This document shows, one piece after another, positions 47,117 through 57,554 of a stretch of 64,000 nt of DNA (the first letter of the stretch is position 1; the number at the start of each line of letters is the position of its first letter). Under the pieces are notes generated by a model, which was not told the origin of the DNA, searched no databases, and was given only the letters and a program-made list of their open reading frames with translations. The DNA is taken from NCBI GenBank assembly GCA_963743615.1, contig CAVUQF010000002.1:65697-129696 (forward strand), written 5' to 3'. The position numbers and the translations under genes are program-made. The DNA is from an uncultured Nanoarchaeota archaeon (GTDB taxonomy: Archaea > Nanobdellota > Nanobdellia > Pacearchaeales > GW2011-AR1).

Positions 47117-50100
47117 TTATTCGTATTTGTTCTTAAGACCAAATTTAGTATGGATATGTAATCCTTGAAGTTCTTCAAGCAGCAATTTGAATGCGTATGA
47201 AACTTCTACAGGTTCTGCCTCTTCGCTTCCGCATATTGGGCAGATAATCTTATTCCTTATATTATCCTCAATTGCAATTGAGCCGCATTTTGTGCAAATG
47301 TTTAGTATAATTCTATCAGAGTCATATCTTTCTTTTAACAATAATGCTGCTCCGTGAGCTACAAGTGCTTGCTGTTCCATTTCTCCCAATCTTAATGCTC
47401 CTCCCTTGGATCTTCCTTCTACCGGCTGTCTTGTTAATAATGCAATCTTTCCTGAAGCTCTTGCATGTATCTTGTTTCCAACCATGTACTTCAATTTCAA
47501 ATAATATAAATCTCCAACGAAGATCTTGATATCAAACTTCTTTCCTGTTATTCCATTATACATAGTTTCTTTTCCATCGCATCTGAATCCCAATTTCTTA
47601 AGCTGCAATTCCAAATCTCCCTTGCTCTCCCCAGAGAATGGACTTCCATCAATAGTCTCTCCCTTTAAACATCCAACTTTGCCTGCAAGTAATTCTAACA
47701 AATATCCGACGGTCATTCTGCTTGGCAATCCATGTGGATTAAATATAATATCTGGTCTTATTCCTCTTGATGTAAATGGAATATCTTCTTCAGGGACAAT
47801 TGCCCCTATAACTCCTTTCTGTCCTGATGGTGCTGCAAATTTATCCCCTATCTCTGGAATTCTAGGATCTCTAGTTTTTACCTGAACTATTTTATTACCC
47901 TCAGAATCTTCCGTAATAAAAACAGCTTCAACAATTCCTTTCTCTTCCTGTCTCATAGGGATAGACGACTCTTTCTTGGTCTTGACAGAAATTTCTCTTG
48001 CTTCCGATAAGAATTTTGGAGGAGACATTTTTCCTATTAATACATCTCTTTCGTTTATGTCCGCTTCAGGATAGATTATTCCATCTCCTTCCAATAGTCT
48101 ATAACTTGATTCTATCTTATATCCTGATGCATCTTTTTCAGGAATTGCAATTTCATCCTTTAATCCTCCGGAATAATTCATTTCAACAGCTGAATAGGGT
48201 CTGAAGAAAAAGCTTCTTCCAACACCTCTATCTATACTTCCTTTGTTGAAAACAAGGGCATCTTCCATGTTATAACCATCATAAGTCATAACTGCAACAA
48301 CCAAATTCTGTCCTGCAGGATAAATATTAAGAGTATCATAAATGAAGCTTTTTACAATCGGTTTTTGCGGATATTGAAGGACAGAAACATCTGTATCAAT
48401 TCTTGCAAGATAATTTGCGGCATACAATCCAAGAGCTTGTTTGTAACCCTTACTTCCCTTGATTAATTTAGCGCAAGAATTATGGTTGACGTATGGCAAC
48501 AGACTTGTAACGACTCCAAGCACTCCTATCCCTTCAATTTCTAGATGAGTATGGTCTGGGGTTAAATCTTCTTCCTTTTGTGCAACAAGAGCATTTTCTT
48601 CTTCTGCAGCGTCGAGATATTCAATGACTCCCTTTGAGATCAAATCTTCCCAGCTTAATTCTTCTTGCTCTAATTGGACCAAATGTTCATCTGTTAATCT
48701 TGATATTCCCTTATCTGCGACGATTAAAGGTCTTAGTACTCTTCCAGGCTCAGTTGAAATTAAGACAACCTTAAATTCGGAATAGTCCCTAACACTCATC
48801 TGCAATGGAAGTTCCTTTGTTCTTCTTCTTTCTTTTATATTATTAACAAATTCTTTTCTGTTCTTTATGCTTCCTATAAATATACCATTGAAGAAAACAT
48901 CAGTTCCTTCAGTTTCTTCGATGCTCAATCCTTCTTTTTCAAGATTTTTGACAAACTCTTTTTCATCCAGATCAACTTTTGTTGAGACTCTGCTTAAGAT
49001 TGCGAGATTTTTTCTTAATCCAATTTCAGTTCCCTCTGGAGTTTCAATAGGGCAGAATCTTCCGTAATGAGTGGGGTTCAATGTTCTTGCTTCAAAATTT
49101 TCCTGCTCTGTCTGAAGCATGCTTGAAACTCTCTGTAACTGTGAAATTATTGCAAGATAATTTGTCTTATCCATATTCTGCGTGATTCCGCTTCTTTCAC
49201 CAACCCAGCTACCGGTTGCGATTGCAGACTCAATTCTATGGGAGAATAATGTTGATTTTGAAATAACTTTTAATGAGGAGAATTTTTTTCTCTTCATTGA
49301 TTTCTGCAAGGAATACTGTATATCTCTTATTAAAATCCCAAGATTGACTCTGAATAAGCTTGCAAGCAAATCTCCAGAAAGTCTAACTCTCTTATTTGCA
49401 TAGTGGTCCTTGTATGTTCTTAAGTTGGGGTTTAATTTTGCAATCAGGAATTGTTTTATAAGCTTGCAGAGTGTGACTGCTTTCTTTAGTCTGTCTTCCT
49501 TGTCTTGTCCAATATGTGGGAATAAGAAAGAGTCAATTCTTTGTTTTACTCTGTCCAAGATTTCTTTTTTTGTTCCTTGAAGATTTGTTTTTTCTGCAAT
49601 GTACATCATTGCATCTTCTTTTGTTGCAATATTAACAAATTCATAAAGATTAACAATAAAACTATCTGTTTCAATGCCGATATATCTTGCGATATCTGAC
49701 TCTTTTGTAAGGCCAAGTGCCTTTAGCAAAACCACAGAAGGAATATCTCTAAATCTGCTAAATGAGGTGTTTATCAATCCCTCTTTATTTTCTGAGATTA
49801 ATATCGGAATTCTATAGGTTCCTCTCAAGGAGAATAATCTTAATGTCAGATTTCCATTCTTGTCGTTTTCAATGAATGGCTGATTCTCTGCAAGGTCTTC
49901 GGCCATGACCATGACTCTCTCATTTCCGTTTATTATGAAGTATCCACCAGGATCATTTGGATCCTCATAATTTTTTATAAGATCGTCTTTTGACAAGCCA
50001 TTTGTGTTACAGATGCTGCTCTTTACCATTACAGGAATTCTTCCTATCTCAACTGTTTCAGAGTCAACCTGATCTTCATGTTTAACAGTTAATTCAACAT

Positions 50101-50371
50101 AGACCGGAGCAGAATAAGTTAAGTTCCTGAGTCTTGCTTCATAAGGCATAATCAGGGATGAACTTCCATCGGCTTCAATGATATTTGGTCTTCCTATTTT
50201 TATCCTTCCCAAAGAAATATCAAATTCTCCCTTCTCAATTGTTCTAGAAATTTCTTCCGTAATCTCCTGAACTCTCCCCTCGATAAAATCGTTAAAGGAA
50301 GTTATATTGGACGCAACTAAAGAATGATCTTGCAGGTATCTTTTTACGATTAGGTGATTATTTTTTTCCAT
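47117..50371 (-). CDS. rpoB: RNA polymerase subunit Rpo2 (B), unsplit
   Basis: CPIETPEG, GYNMEDA, GDKF..GQKG, PSRMT, RLGEME, C-terminal Zn ribbon. Confidence 0.98.
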   Translation of the reverse strand: MEKNNHLIVKRYLQDHSLVASNITSFNDFIEGRVQEITEEISRTIEKGEFDISLGRIKIGRPNIIEADGSSSLIMPYEARLRNLTYSAPVYVELTVKHEDQVDSETVEIGRIPVMVKSSICNTNGLSKDDLIKNYEDPNDPGGYFIINGNERVMVMAEDLAENQPFIENDKNGNLTLRLFSLRGTYRIPILISENKEGLINTSFSRFRDIPSVVLLKALGLTKESDIARYIGIETDSFIVNLYEFVNIATKEDAMMYIAEKTNLQGTKKEILDRVKQRIDSFLFPHIGQDKEDRLKKAVTLCKLIKQFLIAKLNPNLRTYKDHYANKRVRLSGDLLASLFRVNLGILIRDIQYSLQKSMKRKKFSSLKVISKSTLFSHRIESAIATGSWVGERSGITQNMDKTNYLAIISQLQRVSSMLQTEQENFEARTLNPTHYGRFCPIETPEGTEIGLRKNLAILSRVSTKVDLDEKEFVKNLEKEGLSIEETEGTDVFFNGIFIGSIKNRKEFVNNIKERRRTKELPLQMSVRDYSEFKVVLISTEPGRVLRPLIVADKGISRLTDEHLVQLEQEELSWEDLISKGVIEYLDAAEEENALVAQKEEDLTPDHTHLEIEGIGVLGVVTSLLPYVNHNSCAKLIKGSKGYKQALGLYAANYLARIDTDVSVLQYPQKPIVKSFIYDTLNIYPAGQNLVVAVMTYDGYNMEDALVFNKGSIDRGVGRSFFFRPYSAVEMNYSGGLKDEIAIPEKDASGYKIESSYRLLEGDGIIYPEADINERDVLIGKMSPPKFLSEAREISVKTKKESSIPMRQEEKGIVEAVFITEDSEGNKIVQVKTRDPRIPEIGDKFAAPSGQKGVIGAIVPEEDIPFTSRGIRPDIIFNPHGLPSRMTVGYLLELLAGKVGCLKGETIDGSPFSGESKGDLELQLKKLGFRCDGKETMYNGITGKKFDIKIFVGDLYYLKLKYMVGNKIHARASGKIALLTRQPVEGRSKGGALRLGEMEQQALVAHGAALLLKERYDSDRIILNICTKCGSIAIEDNIRNKIICPICGSEEAEPVEVSYAFKLLLEELQGLHIHTKFGLKNKYE

Positions 50372-50391
50372 TTTGGTTAAATCGTCTCTAA

Positions 50392-50598
50392 CTAAACTAT
50401 AACTCTAAAATAAACTTCAGTTTCATCGCCATCTTTTCTTTCGATTTTTATCACATCTCCGACGCTGCACTCCTGTGGTAACACTGGATCTGTTAAAAGA
50501 ATCTTTGGCAACTGTGCTTTTGTAACATTTAGTTTAGACAATAATTCCTGAACTTCTTTTTCGTTGAGTTTGATGTGTTTAGGTTGGAGTATATGCAT
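50392..50598 (-). CDS. rpoH: RNA polymerase subunit Rpo5 (H)
   Basis: HILQPKH...QLPKILLTDP...GDVIKIER...YFRVIV. Confidence 0.96.
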   Translation of the reverse strand: MHILQPKHIKLNEKEVQELLSKLNVTKAQLPKILLTDPVLPQECSVGDVIKIERKDGDETEVYFRVIV

Positions 50599-50739
50599 CG
50601 GTTTTTTTATATTTAAAAACGTTTTGTTTATTTTATTTATAACTTAAGGATAATAAAAGATATAAAAATTTGATTTAAAAAGCTTTTGCTTTTTAACCAA
50701 AATATCAAGTTTCTAATATATTGGGACAATTGAGATAAT

Positions 50740-51456
50740 TTACGGGTTTCTTAACTTTTCAATAAGCCCTTTCGAAATTTGAGTATACCCTATCTCATCT
50801 AAGGCTTCTCCTATTTGCAAGAGAGTATACTTTTCTTCTTTTCTTGAGGCATAGCCTTTTACTCCCCTAATTAAAAGCATTTCCGGGTTAATGCTATTAT
50901 TGCTGCCTATTGCAGATCCTCCATGAAGCCCCATGAGGAGTGCCTGCCTTGCGAATGGCTCCTTCACATCCTTATATGTACTAATTCCAATAGGCATTTT
51001 CCCTATCCTCCGTTGTTCCAAAAATTTACCATAATCTCCTGCAGAATCTCCAAAAGCATATACAGTTACTTCCTCCTCTCCGAATCGGTTTGTTGGGATT
51101 GAAGAATATCCTTTAGGCAACTTTACTGAATTTTTCGAAAAAATTTCAAATTGTCGATCTGTCAAATAGAATTTATTACTCTCTCTAAGAGCCATTCTAA
51201 CTTTATCAGGATAAGATGTTGTTGGAGAATCTCTTACCAAAAAGTTTCCCTCATTTGTGTAAATAATTCCCTCTCCAACCAGATTTTCTTCCATACAAAC
51301 ATCATCCATCGCCATTTGCATTCTCAGATTTGCTACTTCTTCAAAAGAGGGAATATGGTATCCTAATCTCTCCAATTCAGATTTACCTCTCCAAAAATCA
51401 GTCACCACATGGGCCGAACTTATTCCTTCGGGAAGAATATCTTCAATTATATGCAT
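50740..51456 (-). CDS. Hypothetical protein
   Basis: Long ORF; ATG 51456 preferred; no recognised function. Confidence 0.65.
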   Translation of the reverse strand: MHIIEDILPEGISSAHVVTDFWRGKSELERLGYHIPSFEEVANLRMQMAMDDVCMEENLVGEGIIYTNEGNFLVRDSPTTSYPDKVRMALRESNKFYLTDRQFEIFSKNSVKLPKGYSSIPTNRFGEEEVTVYAFGDSAGDYGKFLEQRRIGKMPIGISTYKDVKEPFARQALLMGLHGGSAIGSNNSINPEMLLIRGVKGYASRKEEKYTLLQIGEALDEIGYTQISKGLIEKLRNP

Positions 51457-51512
51457 ACTTTTCCGTGTAAATATCACTATTTAAAATTTGTGCAGTTAAA
51501 GTTCCAATGAAA

Positions 51513-52154
51513 TTATCCCCCTAATTCAATAGAAATACACCAGTTCTTTTCATAAAATTCTTTGAGCAAAGACTCTATATCTTTCTTAAGTCCCACTATA
51601 AGGTATTTTAGTAAAACTTTTTTCTCTACCCTATTTGCATCAATCTTAAGTATTTTAAAGTTTAAGCAATATTTTGCCAAGATGTTTGTAATCTCTTCTT
51701 TATTTACAAACCCTTTTGTAACAATATTTATTTCCCTCCTGTAGGATCCAACAAATATATTTTCAAGATATCTGTCCACAAAAACCACGGCCCAGACAAG
51801 AATATATATTACTATTCCCACTTCATACATTCCAAGTCCTATAAGCAATCCGAAAATTGCGAAAAGCCAGATACTTGCGGCAGTTGTAAAGCCAAAAATC
51901 CTGTCCGAAGTCCTTATCAGGGCTCCAGCTCCAAGAAAACCAATACCTGTAACGATTCCTCCAAGCAGGTATATACCTAGAGTTAATCCAATCTGATCTG
52001 CAGCAATACCTAAACCCGCTGCGCCCATTGAAACAAGAATGAATGTTCCAAACCCTATGGGTTTGTGTGTTCGCTGCCTTTCTAATCCATATACCGATGC
52101 CAATACAAAAACAACAAGAAGTCTTTCAATGGTAGTTAAATCAAATTGTATCAT
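51513..52154 (-). CDS. mgtC: MgtC/SapB family membrane protein
   Basis: YGLERQ...GFGTF, IVTGIGFLGAG, GFTTAASIW. Confidence 0.92.
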   Translation of the reverse strand: MIQFDLTTIERLLVVFVLASVYGLERQRTHKPIGFGTFILVSMGAAGLGIAADQIGLTLGIYLLGGIVTGIGFLGAGALIRTSDRIFGFTTAASIWLFAIFGLLIGLGMYEVGIVIYILVWAVVFVDRYLENIFVGSYRREINIVTKGFVNKEEITNILAKYCLNFKILKIDANRVEKKVLLKYLIVGLKKDIESLLKEFYEKNWCISIELGG

Positions 52155-52259
52155 AGATCAAAAATTTTATTTATCTTTATAATTATATCTTGAACTTCTT
52201 CAGTGACAAAATGTAATATATAGAACATTTTTTAAATTAATTATTTTTATCTAACTGAT

Positions 52260-52333
52260 GGTTCCGTAGCTCAGTTTGGTAGAGCACTAGGCTTTTAACC
52301 TAGGTGTCGGGGGTTCAAATCCCCTCGGGACCA
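52260..52333 (+). tRNA. tRNA-Lys(TTT)
   Basis: GGTTCCG acceptor; CTAGG-CTTTTAA-CCTAG; GGTTCAAATCC. Confidence 0.96.
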
Positions 52334-52346
52334 CTTTGACTCACAT

Positions 52347-52712
52347 CTATTTCGAAGGAACAAGACCAAGATAACGGGGTAAATTCATGACTGAATATGA
52401 CACACGAACACAAACGGCTCTTAAATACTCCTGCCTTTCTTCTGGAAGTTTTGTAAATATTGCGAGATCTTCTGAGAGCGACGATGTTTGTGATCTCACA
52501 TCTTCTATTACTTTGCCTCTCCAATCATTTTTATTTGGCCAAAGGGCTCTAGCCATTTTTACTAAGTATGAAAAATCCCCCTCTCTTGAAATTTCTCCAA
52601 GAGAACTAGCTAAATCTTGGACGTTTTGATACTCTTCTAGTGTAGCTCTTCCTAGAATATGATTGTCTGTCGCTATGGCCGCATCGCAAGCTTCCCACGC
52701 AAGATCTTTCAT
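52347..52712 (-). CDS. Hypothetical protein
   Basis: 121 aa helical ORF convergent on the tRNA-Lys 3' end. Confidence 0.6.
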   Translation of the reverse strand: MKDLAWEACDAAIATDNHILGRATLEEYQNVQDLASSLGEISREGDFSYLVKMARALWPNKNDWRGKVIEDVRSQTSSLSEDLAIFTKLPEERQEYLRAVCVRVSYSVMNLPRYLGLVPSK

Positions 52713-52773
52713 AATTTATCCAAGGAGCAATAACTTTTAAGCATTATGGTGATACTTATATTATTCAGAATAA

Positions 52774-53097
52774 TCAGAGATTTTTCTTCAATTTTTTCTC
52801 AAAATCTTCAAGGTTTACAGCTCCAACGAATCTTTCAGAAGCCTTTCCATCCTTGAACAGAATAAAATTAGGTATTGACATAACATCAAATTTTTGCGCA
52901 AGCTTATTGTTCTCATCAACATTTATCTTCCCAAATTTAACTTTCCCTTTGAATTTGTCAGAAAGCTCTTCAATAATTGGAGCCATCATCAAGCAAGGCA
53001 TACACCACTCCGCAAAGAAATCAATCAAGACATTTCCATTTTTTATGAAACTATCAAACTCCCCGCTTGTTAATTCGGGTACCTTATCATTTGCCAT
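52774..53097 (-). CDS. trxA: Thioredoxin
   Basis: DFFAEWCMPC, INVDEN, SIPNF. Confidence 0.95.
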   Translation of the reverse strand: MANDKVPELTSGEFDSFIKNGNVLIDFFAEWCMPCLMMAPIIEELSDKFKGKVKFGKINVDENNKLAQKFDVMSIPNFILFKDGKASERFVGAVNLEDFEKKLKKNL

Positions 53098-53160
53098 CTT
53101 TTGAGTAGAAGAAGATTATTTATAAAATTTTCTTGTGCTAGATTATCGAGCAAAAATTGT

Positions 53161-54198
53161 TTATACATTATTACTTTTTTCAAAGAATTCTATAGCTTTC
53201 AGGGCTTTTTCCTTGGTATTGTTGAAAATTTCAGGGTGGTTTGCTATCTCTTGGGCCAAGAACCACTTAAGTTCTGTTCCTTCATCCGACTTATCTAGGA
53301 TTTTACCTCCGGATATTCTGCCCAAGTATGAAATGTTTATATGATGATGATCTGGCTTGATTATATCTATTTGAATATCAAGGTTTTGTGGCATATTGCT
53401 ATATTGCATCTCTCTTGGATTTATTAATTCAATATCATATCCGGATTCTTCTTTTGCCTCTCTAATTGCACAATCTGAAGGAAGCTCGTTTTTCTCAACA
53501 TGTCCTCCTAGAGGTACAAATTTGTTCACTTTTCTATTCCATGTAAGCAAGACTCGACCCCTGTCTACAACATAAACCGTAGATAAAAACTCTCTTGTTA
53601 TCTCCTTATCTTGTAATTCTTTAAGAGGTTGGGATTCTCCAAAATTAAGGTACATTCTGCTTTCCTGAATCTTTTCTGCACCTAGATATTTACTGTTTAA
53701 TCCTTCGGACCCGTAAGGCTTCTCGCAGTCAGAATCCAGCTCCTCGAATGCTATTTGCGCGATTTTCATTCCAGGATACAGCTTTATTGGTAGAGGGCTT
53801 GCATTATGTAGCTCAAGAGTCAGTTTGAGACAGTTGCCTGGATCCAGAAACCCTGCGGTGGTGTGTATAAGAAGTCCAAGTCTTGCAAGGGAGCTCTTTC
53901 CTTCCAATCTCCCAACATGTCTCTTGTCCACCCCGGTCTTTTCTTTTATCAGCGCCAGTGCAAAGCTTCCGGGATGAAGAACAAAATATCTATCATCTTC
54001 TATATACACTTCTTCCATAAATCCTGTAACAGGTTTCTTTGTATCTATAACTTCTGTTTCATGGGGTTTGTAAATCTTGAATTCATTTCCTAGGTGAAGA
54101 TCATAGCTTGCAGGCTGTAAGTTCTCGGGATTAAACGGTTCAATCATTATTTCACCTGTTTTAACTTTCTCTTTTATCGACCTATCACTAAGTATCAT
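53161..54198 (-). CDS. dcd: dCTP deaminase fused to a C-terminal NUDIX hydrolase
   Basis: MILSD, QPASYDL, EGKSSLARLGL, AGFLDPG, KY; then Nudix box GGHVEKNELPSDCAIREAKEESG. Confidence 0.92.
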   Translation of the reverse strand: MILSDRSIKEKVKTGEIMIEPFNPENLQPASYDLHLGNEFKIYKPHETEVIDTKKPVTGFMEEVYIEDDRYFVLHPGSFALALIKEKTGVDKRHVGRLEGKSSLARLGLLIHTTAGFLDPGNCLKLTLELHNASPLPIKLYPGMKIAQIAFEELDSDCEKPYGSEGLNSKYLGAEKIQESRMYLNFGESQPLKELQDKEITREFLSTVYVVDRGRVLLTWNRKVNKFVPLGGHVEKNELPSDCAIREAKEESGYDIELINPREMQYSNMPQNLDIQIDIIKPDHHHINISYLGRISGGKILDKSDEGTELKWFLAQEIANHPEIFNNTKEKALKAIEFFEKSNNV

Positions 54199-54241
54199 TT
54201 TCTCAGATACAGTTTAAATTTTATATTCTTTTCCATTATTT

Positions 54242-54514
54242 TTAACCAATCAATGTTGATATGAACTTATATCCGAACCAAACGAGCATGAGATAGTAAA
54301 TGAACGAGGACACGTGGAATATTGCAACAATTATTAAGTATATTCCAAAAACTGCGTCAATACCACTCATTACCTCCCTGAAAATTGCAAATTTGAAAAT
54401 TAAATATGATCCTCCCGCAACAAGAAGATAAGTTGAGTATACTATATTGAATTGCGCAAGTGAAACTGCGGTGAAAGAAATCAGATCAAGTATCATCAAT
54501 ATCCAGACTATCAT
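54242..54514 (-). CDS. Small membrane protein
   Basis: 90 aa, highly hydrophobic. Confidence 0.7.
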   Translation of the reverse strand: MIVWILMILDLISFTAVSLAQFNIVYSTYLLVAGGSYLIFKFAIFREVMSGIDAVFGIYLIIVAIFHVSSFIYYLMLVWFGYKFISTLIG

Positions 54515-54529
54515 TTGAAAATTGCTTTG

Positions 54530-55063
54530 TTAAAATTCTATTCCTTTTCTTGCAAGAATTCCTTTGTCATAAGGGTGCTTTAGTTTTTTTACTTCAGAAA
54601 CGTAATCTGCTATGTCTTTTAAGGATTGTGGGTAATCTCTTCCAGTAAGAATAAGTTCTGTGTTTTTTGGTTTATTAACTATCAGATCAATTCCCAGAGA
54701 TTCGGGAATAACATCCCAATTGATTCCTGGCCCAAGTTCATCAATAAGAACAACATCATAATCTTTAAGATCAGAAATTGCATCGTTCCAGAATTCCATG
54801 AAATTTTTTGTTAAATCTTCCTTTTGGCTTTGGTCATAGTTTTTGAAGTAAGGATGTAGTGGCTTGAACTGTAAATAGTTTACATTTAATTTTTCAAAGA
54901 AAAACTGTTCTCCAGTATCTCTCTTAAATAACTGTATTATTTTGACTTTTAATCCTCTTCCTAATGCCCTCACAATAAGACCCATCCCTGCAGAAGTCTT
55001 TCCCTTTCCCTCCCCCGTGTAGATATGAACAAGTCCGAGATTTAATCTTTCATTATCTTCCAT
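54530..55063 (-). CDS. cobO: Cob(I)alamin adenosyltransferase (CobO/BtuR type)
   Basis: IYTGEGKGKTSA, LIDE, ELILTGR, ADYVSE, KHPY...ARKGIEF. Confidence 0.95.
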   Translation of the reverse strand: MEDNERLNLGLVHIYTGEGKGKTSAGMGLIVRALGRGLKVKIIQLFKRDTGEQFFFEKLNVNYLQFKPLHPYFKNYDQSQKEDLTKNFMEFWNDAISDLKDYDVVLIDELGPGINWDVIPESLGIDLIVNKPKNTELILTGRDYPQSLKDIADYVSEVKKLKHPYDKGILARKGIEF

Positions 55064-55069
55064 ATTTTT

Positions 55070-57553
55070 TCAGCTGCATTTGCTATATCCACAGTCAAAG
55101 CATGTAGGTTCAGAGCATCCTGCAACCATACCTACGTTCGAGCTAAAGCATTTAGGGCAATGAAGTGCAGAGTTATTGTCAATTGTCTTTACAGTCATAT
55201 CATGTCCACCTATCTCTTGATTTATTACTTTTATTTTTCCAGTCTTGACAAGATGATTTCTTAGTGCAACAGAGATAGCATGTGCCACGGAATCAATTTT
55301 ATTCTTTCCAAAACCAAAAGGTCTCTCAGATTTTATTGAATTGAGATGTTTGAGAATTCTTACAGGATCTCCCCCAAGTTCAAAATACTTTGAAAGTAGG
55401 ATTGAGACTGCTGTAGCCATGCCTGAGATTTCTGTTCCTGTTGGAGAAAGATTTGCAAATACTCTTGTCGGACCATTCTCATCATAATTTATGTGTATAT
55501 GCATAGGCCCCTGACCCGTTTCAATGAGGTAATAATCCGCCTTTTCCTCTGTGGATTTTTCCTTCGCTTTCTTTTCCTCCTTCTTATCATTAATATTCAG
55601 AACTTGGAATTGCTTGCTTCCATCTCTATAGACCGTAACACCCTTTGCCCCATTATCAAATGCAAGCATATAAGCATCCTCAACATCTTTTTCTGTTGCA
55701 TCATTTCTCATGTTTACTGTTTTGGAAACTGCATTGTCTGTGTATTTTTGGAATGCACACTGCATTAGTACATGCTCCTTGGGATTTAGATCGTGTGAAG
55801 TCAAAAATAAATTTTGTATCTTTTCCGGAATTTCCTTAATCCCAACAAGAGATTTGTGATTGTCGCTTATCCTTATGTAAAGTTCTTCTTTTCTCATTCC
55901 AAAGTAGTTGTTTTTGTCTGCAATTTTTTCAAATAAAGGATTTACTTCAAAAAATGTATCTTTCTCTGCAGGAGTCTGTCCTTTCTTTAGTGCATCTATT
56001 CCGGCGGCATTGTATCTTACATAAACAACGGCAAAGAATGGTTCAATTCCTGCGCCTTGCAAGCCTGCTGTAATTCCTATTGTTCCCGTTGGGGCTATAG
56101 TTGTTCTTGCAGAATGCCTTGGAAAGAATTCTTGTCCTCTAAAAAACATGCTGTCTTTGTCAAAGATTGAGCCCTTCCATGCTGGGAATACCCCTTTGTT
56201 TTCAGCTAACTCCTCTGATGCATTCAAGCAGGATACGTTGATAAATTCCATTAGTTCTTCAGCTTTTGAAAGTGCTTTTTGGGAATTATAAGGGATACCA
56301 AGCATTACAAGAGATTCTGCCCATCCCATAACTCCGAGTCCTATTCTTCTTGTTTTCTTCGCCATCTCCTCAATCTCGGGTATTGGATAATTGTTTATAT
56401 CAATAACATTATCTAGAAAATGGGTGCATACAAAAACGCATTTCTTAAGTGATTCATAATCGAAATTACTTCCGTCTTCTTTTACAAATTTTGATAGGTT
56501 TATTGACCCAAGATTACAGGGCTCATAAGGAAGAAGTGGTTGCTCTCCACAGGGATTTGTTGATTCTATCTCACCAAGTTGGGGTGTTGCGTTGCTGGAG
56601 GTCATATTTATTCGATCAATCATTATAATCCCCGGATCTCCTGTTTCCCACGCACCCCTTACAAGCTTCTGCCAAACTTCCTTTGCATTTACTCTTCTAA
56701 CAACCTCTTTGGTTCTTGGGTTAAGTAAATCATATTCTCTGTCTTCTTTTACAGCTCTCATAAACTTTTCATCTATTGTTACAGACACATTGAAATTTTC
56801 CATAACCCCTGGGGTTTTCTTCATATCTATAAAGTCTAAAATATTTGGGTGGGTATAATGCATTATTCCCATATTTGCTCCACGTCTTGTCCCTCCTTGC
56901 TTTACAACCTCTGTTGATTTGTCGAATATTTGCATAAACGAAATTGGTCCTGACGAGATCCCCTTTGTCGTTTTTACCTGATCTCCAGAAGGCCTTAATT
57001 TTGAAAAGGAAAATCCAGTCCCGCCACCGCTCTTATGGATTAAAGCCATATTTTTTACAGATTCATAAATATCTTCTATTGAATCTCCTACAGGTAGGAC
57101 ATAACACGCACTCAGCTGTTGCAGTTCTCTACCAGCATTCATGAGTGTTGGAGAATTTGGAAGGAATTTGAATGTGGACAATAATTCGTAAAACTCCTCC
57201 TCCGTCCTGGAAACTAATTCTGGATTTTTAGTGTAGATTTCTTCAAGATTCTTTACAAATCTCTTGAAATTTTCATCCCGTTTATTATGATTAATTAGCC
57301 CATAGTGAAGAAGGTACATGTGCGCATTTTTTCCATGTGAGTCATAGTTTACATCCTTATAATTTATTCCCGCAAAAATTTCGTCGCTGCTTGCATTACC
57401 GGAACTTAGAATATCTGCAAGGGCAATGTTGTGGCAAATAGTTCTAAACCAAGATTCAACGGTTGGAGAATCTTTCAGGTATTTATTCTTTATTACTTTA
57501 AGCTGATTTTCTGTAAGGTTTAGTTTTGTAAGCTGCTGAAGTTCTGGAATCAT
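55070..57553 (-). CDS. nrdJ: Class II (adenosylcobalamin-dependent) ribonucleotide reductase
   Basis: PNSPTLMNAG, LSACYV, GGGTG, RRGANM, TNPCGEQ, CNLGSINL, TIAPTG, KGVTVYRDGS; C-terminal TSCPD-like region and Zn finger/CxxC tail. Confidence 0.96.
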   Translation of the reverse strand: MIPELQQLTKLNLTENQLKVIKNKYLKDSPTVESWFRTICHNIALADILSSGNASSDEIFAGINYKDVNYDSHGKNAHMYLLHYGLINHNKRDENFKRFVKNLEEIYTKNPELVSRTEEEFYELLSTFKFLPNSPTLMNAGRELQQLSACYVLPVGDSIEDIYESVKNMALIHKSGGGTGFSFSKLRPSGDQVKTTKGISSGPISFMQIFDKSTEVVKQGGTRRGANMGIMHYTHPNILDFIDMKKTPGVMENFNVSVTIDEKFMRAVKEDREYDLLNPRTKEVVRRVNAKEVWQKLVRGAWETGDPGIIMIDRINMTSSNATPQLGEIESTNPCGEQPLLPYEPCNLGSINLSKFVKEDGSNFDYESLKKCVFVCTHFLDNVIDINNYPIPEIEEMAKKTRRIGLGVMGWAESLVMLGIPYNSQKALSKAEELMEFINVSCLNASEELAENKGVFPAWKGSIFDKDSMFFRGQEFFPRHSARTTIAPTGTIGITAGLQGAGIEPFFAVVYVRYNAAGIDALKKGQTPAEKDTFFEVNPLFEKIADKNNYFGMRKEELYIRISDNHKSLVGIKEIPEKIQNLFLTSHDLNPKEHVLMQCAFQKYTDNAVSKTVNMRNDATEKDVEDAYMLAFDNGAKGVTVYRDGSKQFQVLNINDKKEEKKAKEKSTEEKADYYLIETGQGPMHIHINYDENGPTRVFANLSPTGTEISGMATAVSILLSKYFELGGDPVRILKHLNSIKSERPFGFGKNKIDSVAHAISVALRNHLVKTGKIKVINQEIGGHDMTVKTIDNNSALHCPKCFSSNVGMVAGCSEPTCFDCGYSKCS

Positions 57554-57554
57554 C

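Noticed and set aside
52315..52629. Alternative ORFs 52315..52524 and 52387..52629
   Set aside because: They overlap tRNA-Lys or the longer 52347..52712 ORF.
13836..57144. Numerous 60-200 aa antisense ORFs (e.g. 13836, 24601, 31260, 37508, 38280, 44726)
   Set aside because: Shadows on the opposite strand of well-supported genes, with F/S/L/I-rich composition and no motifs.
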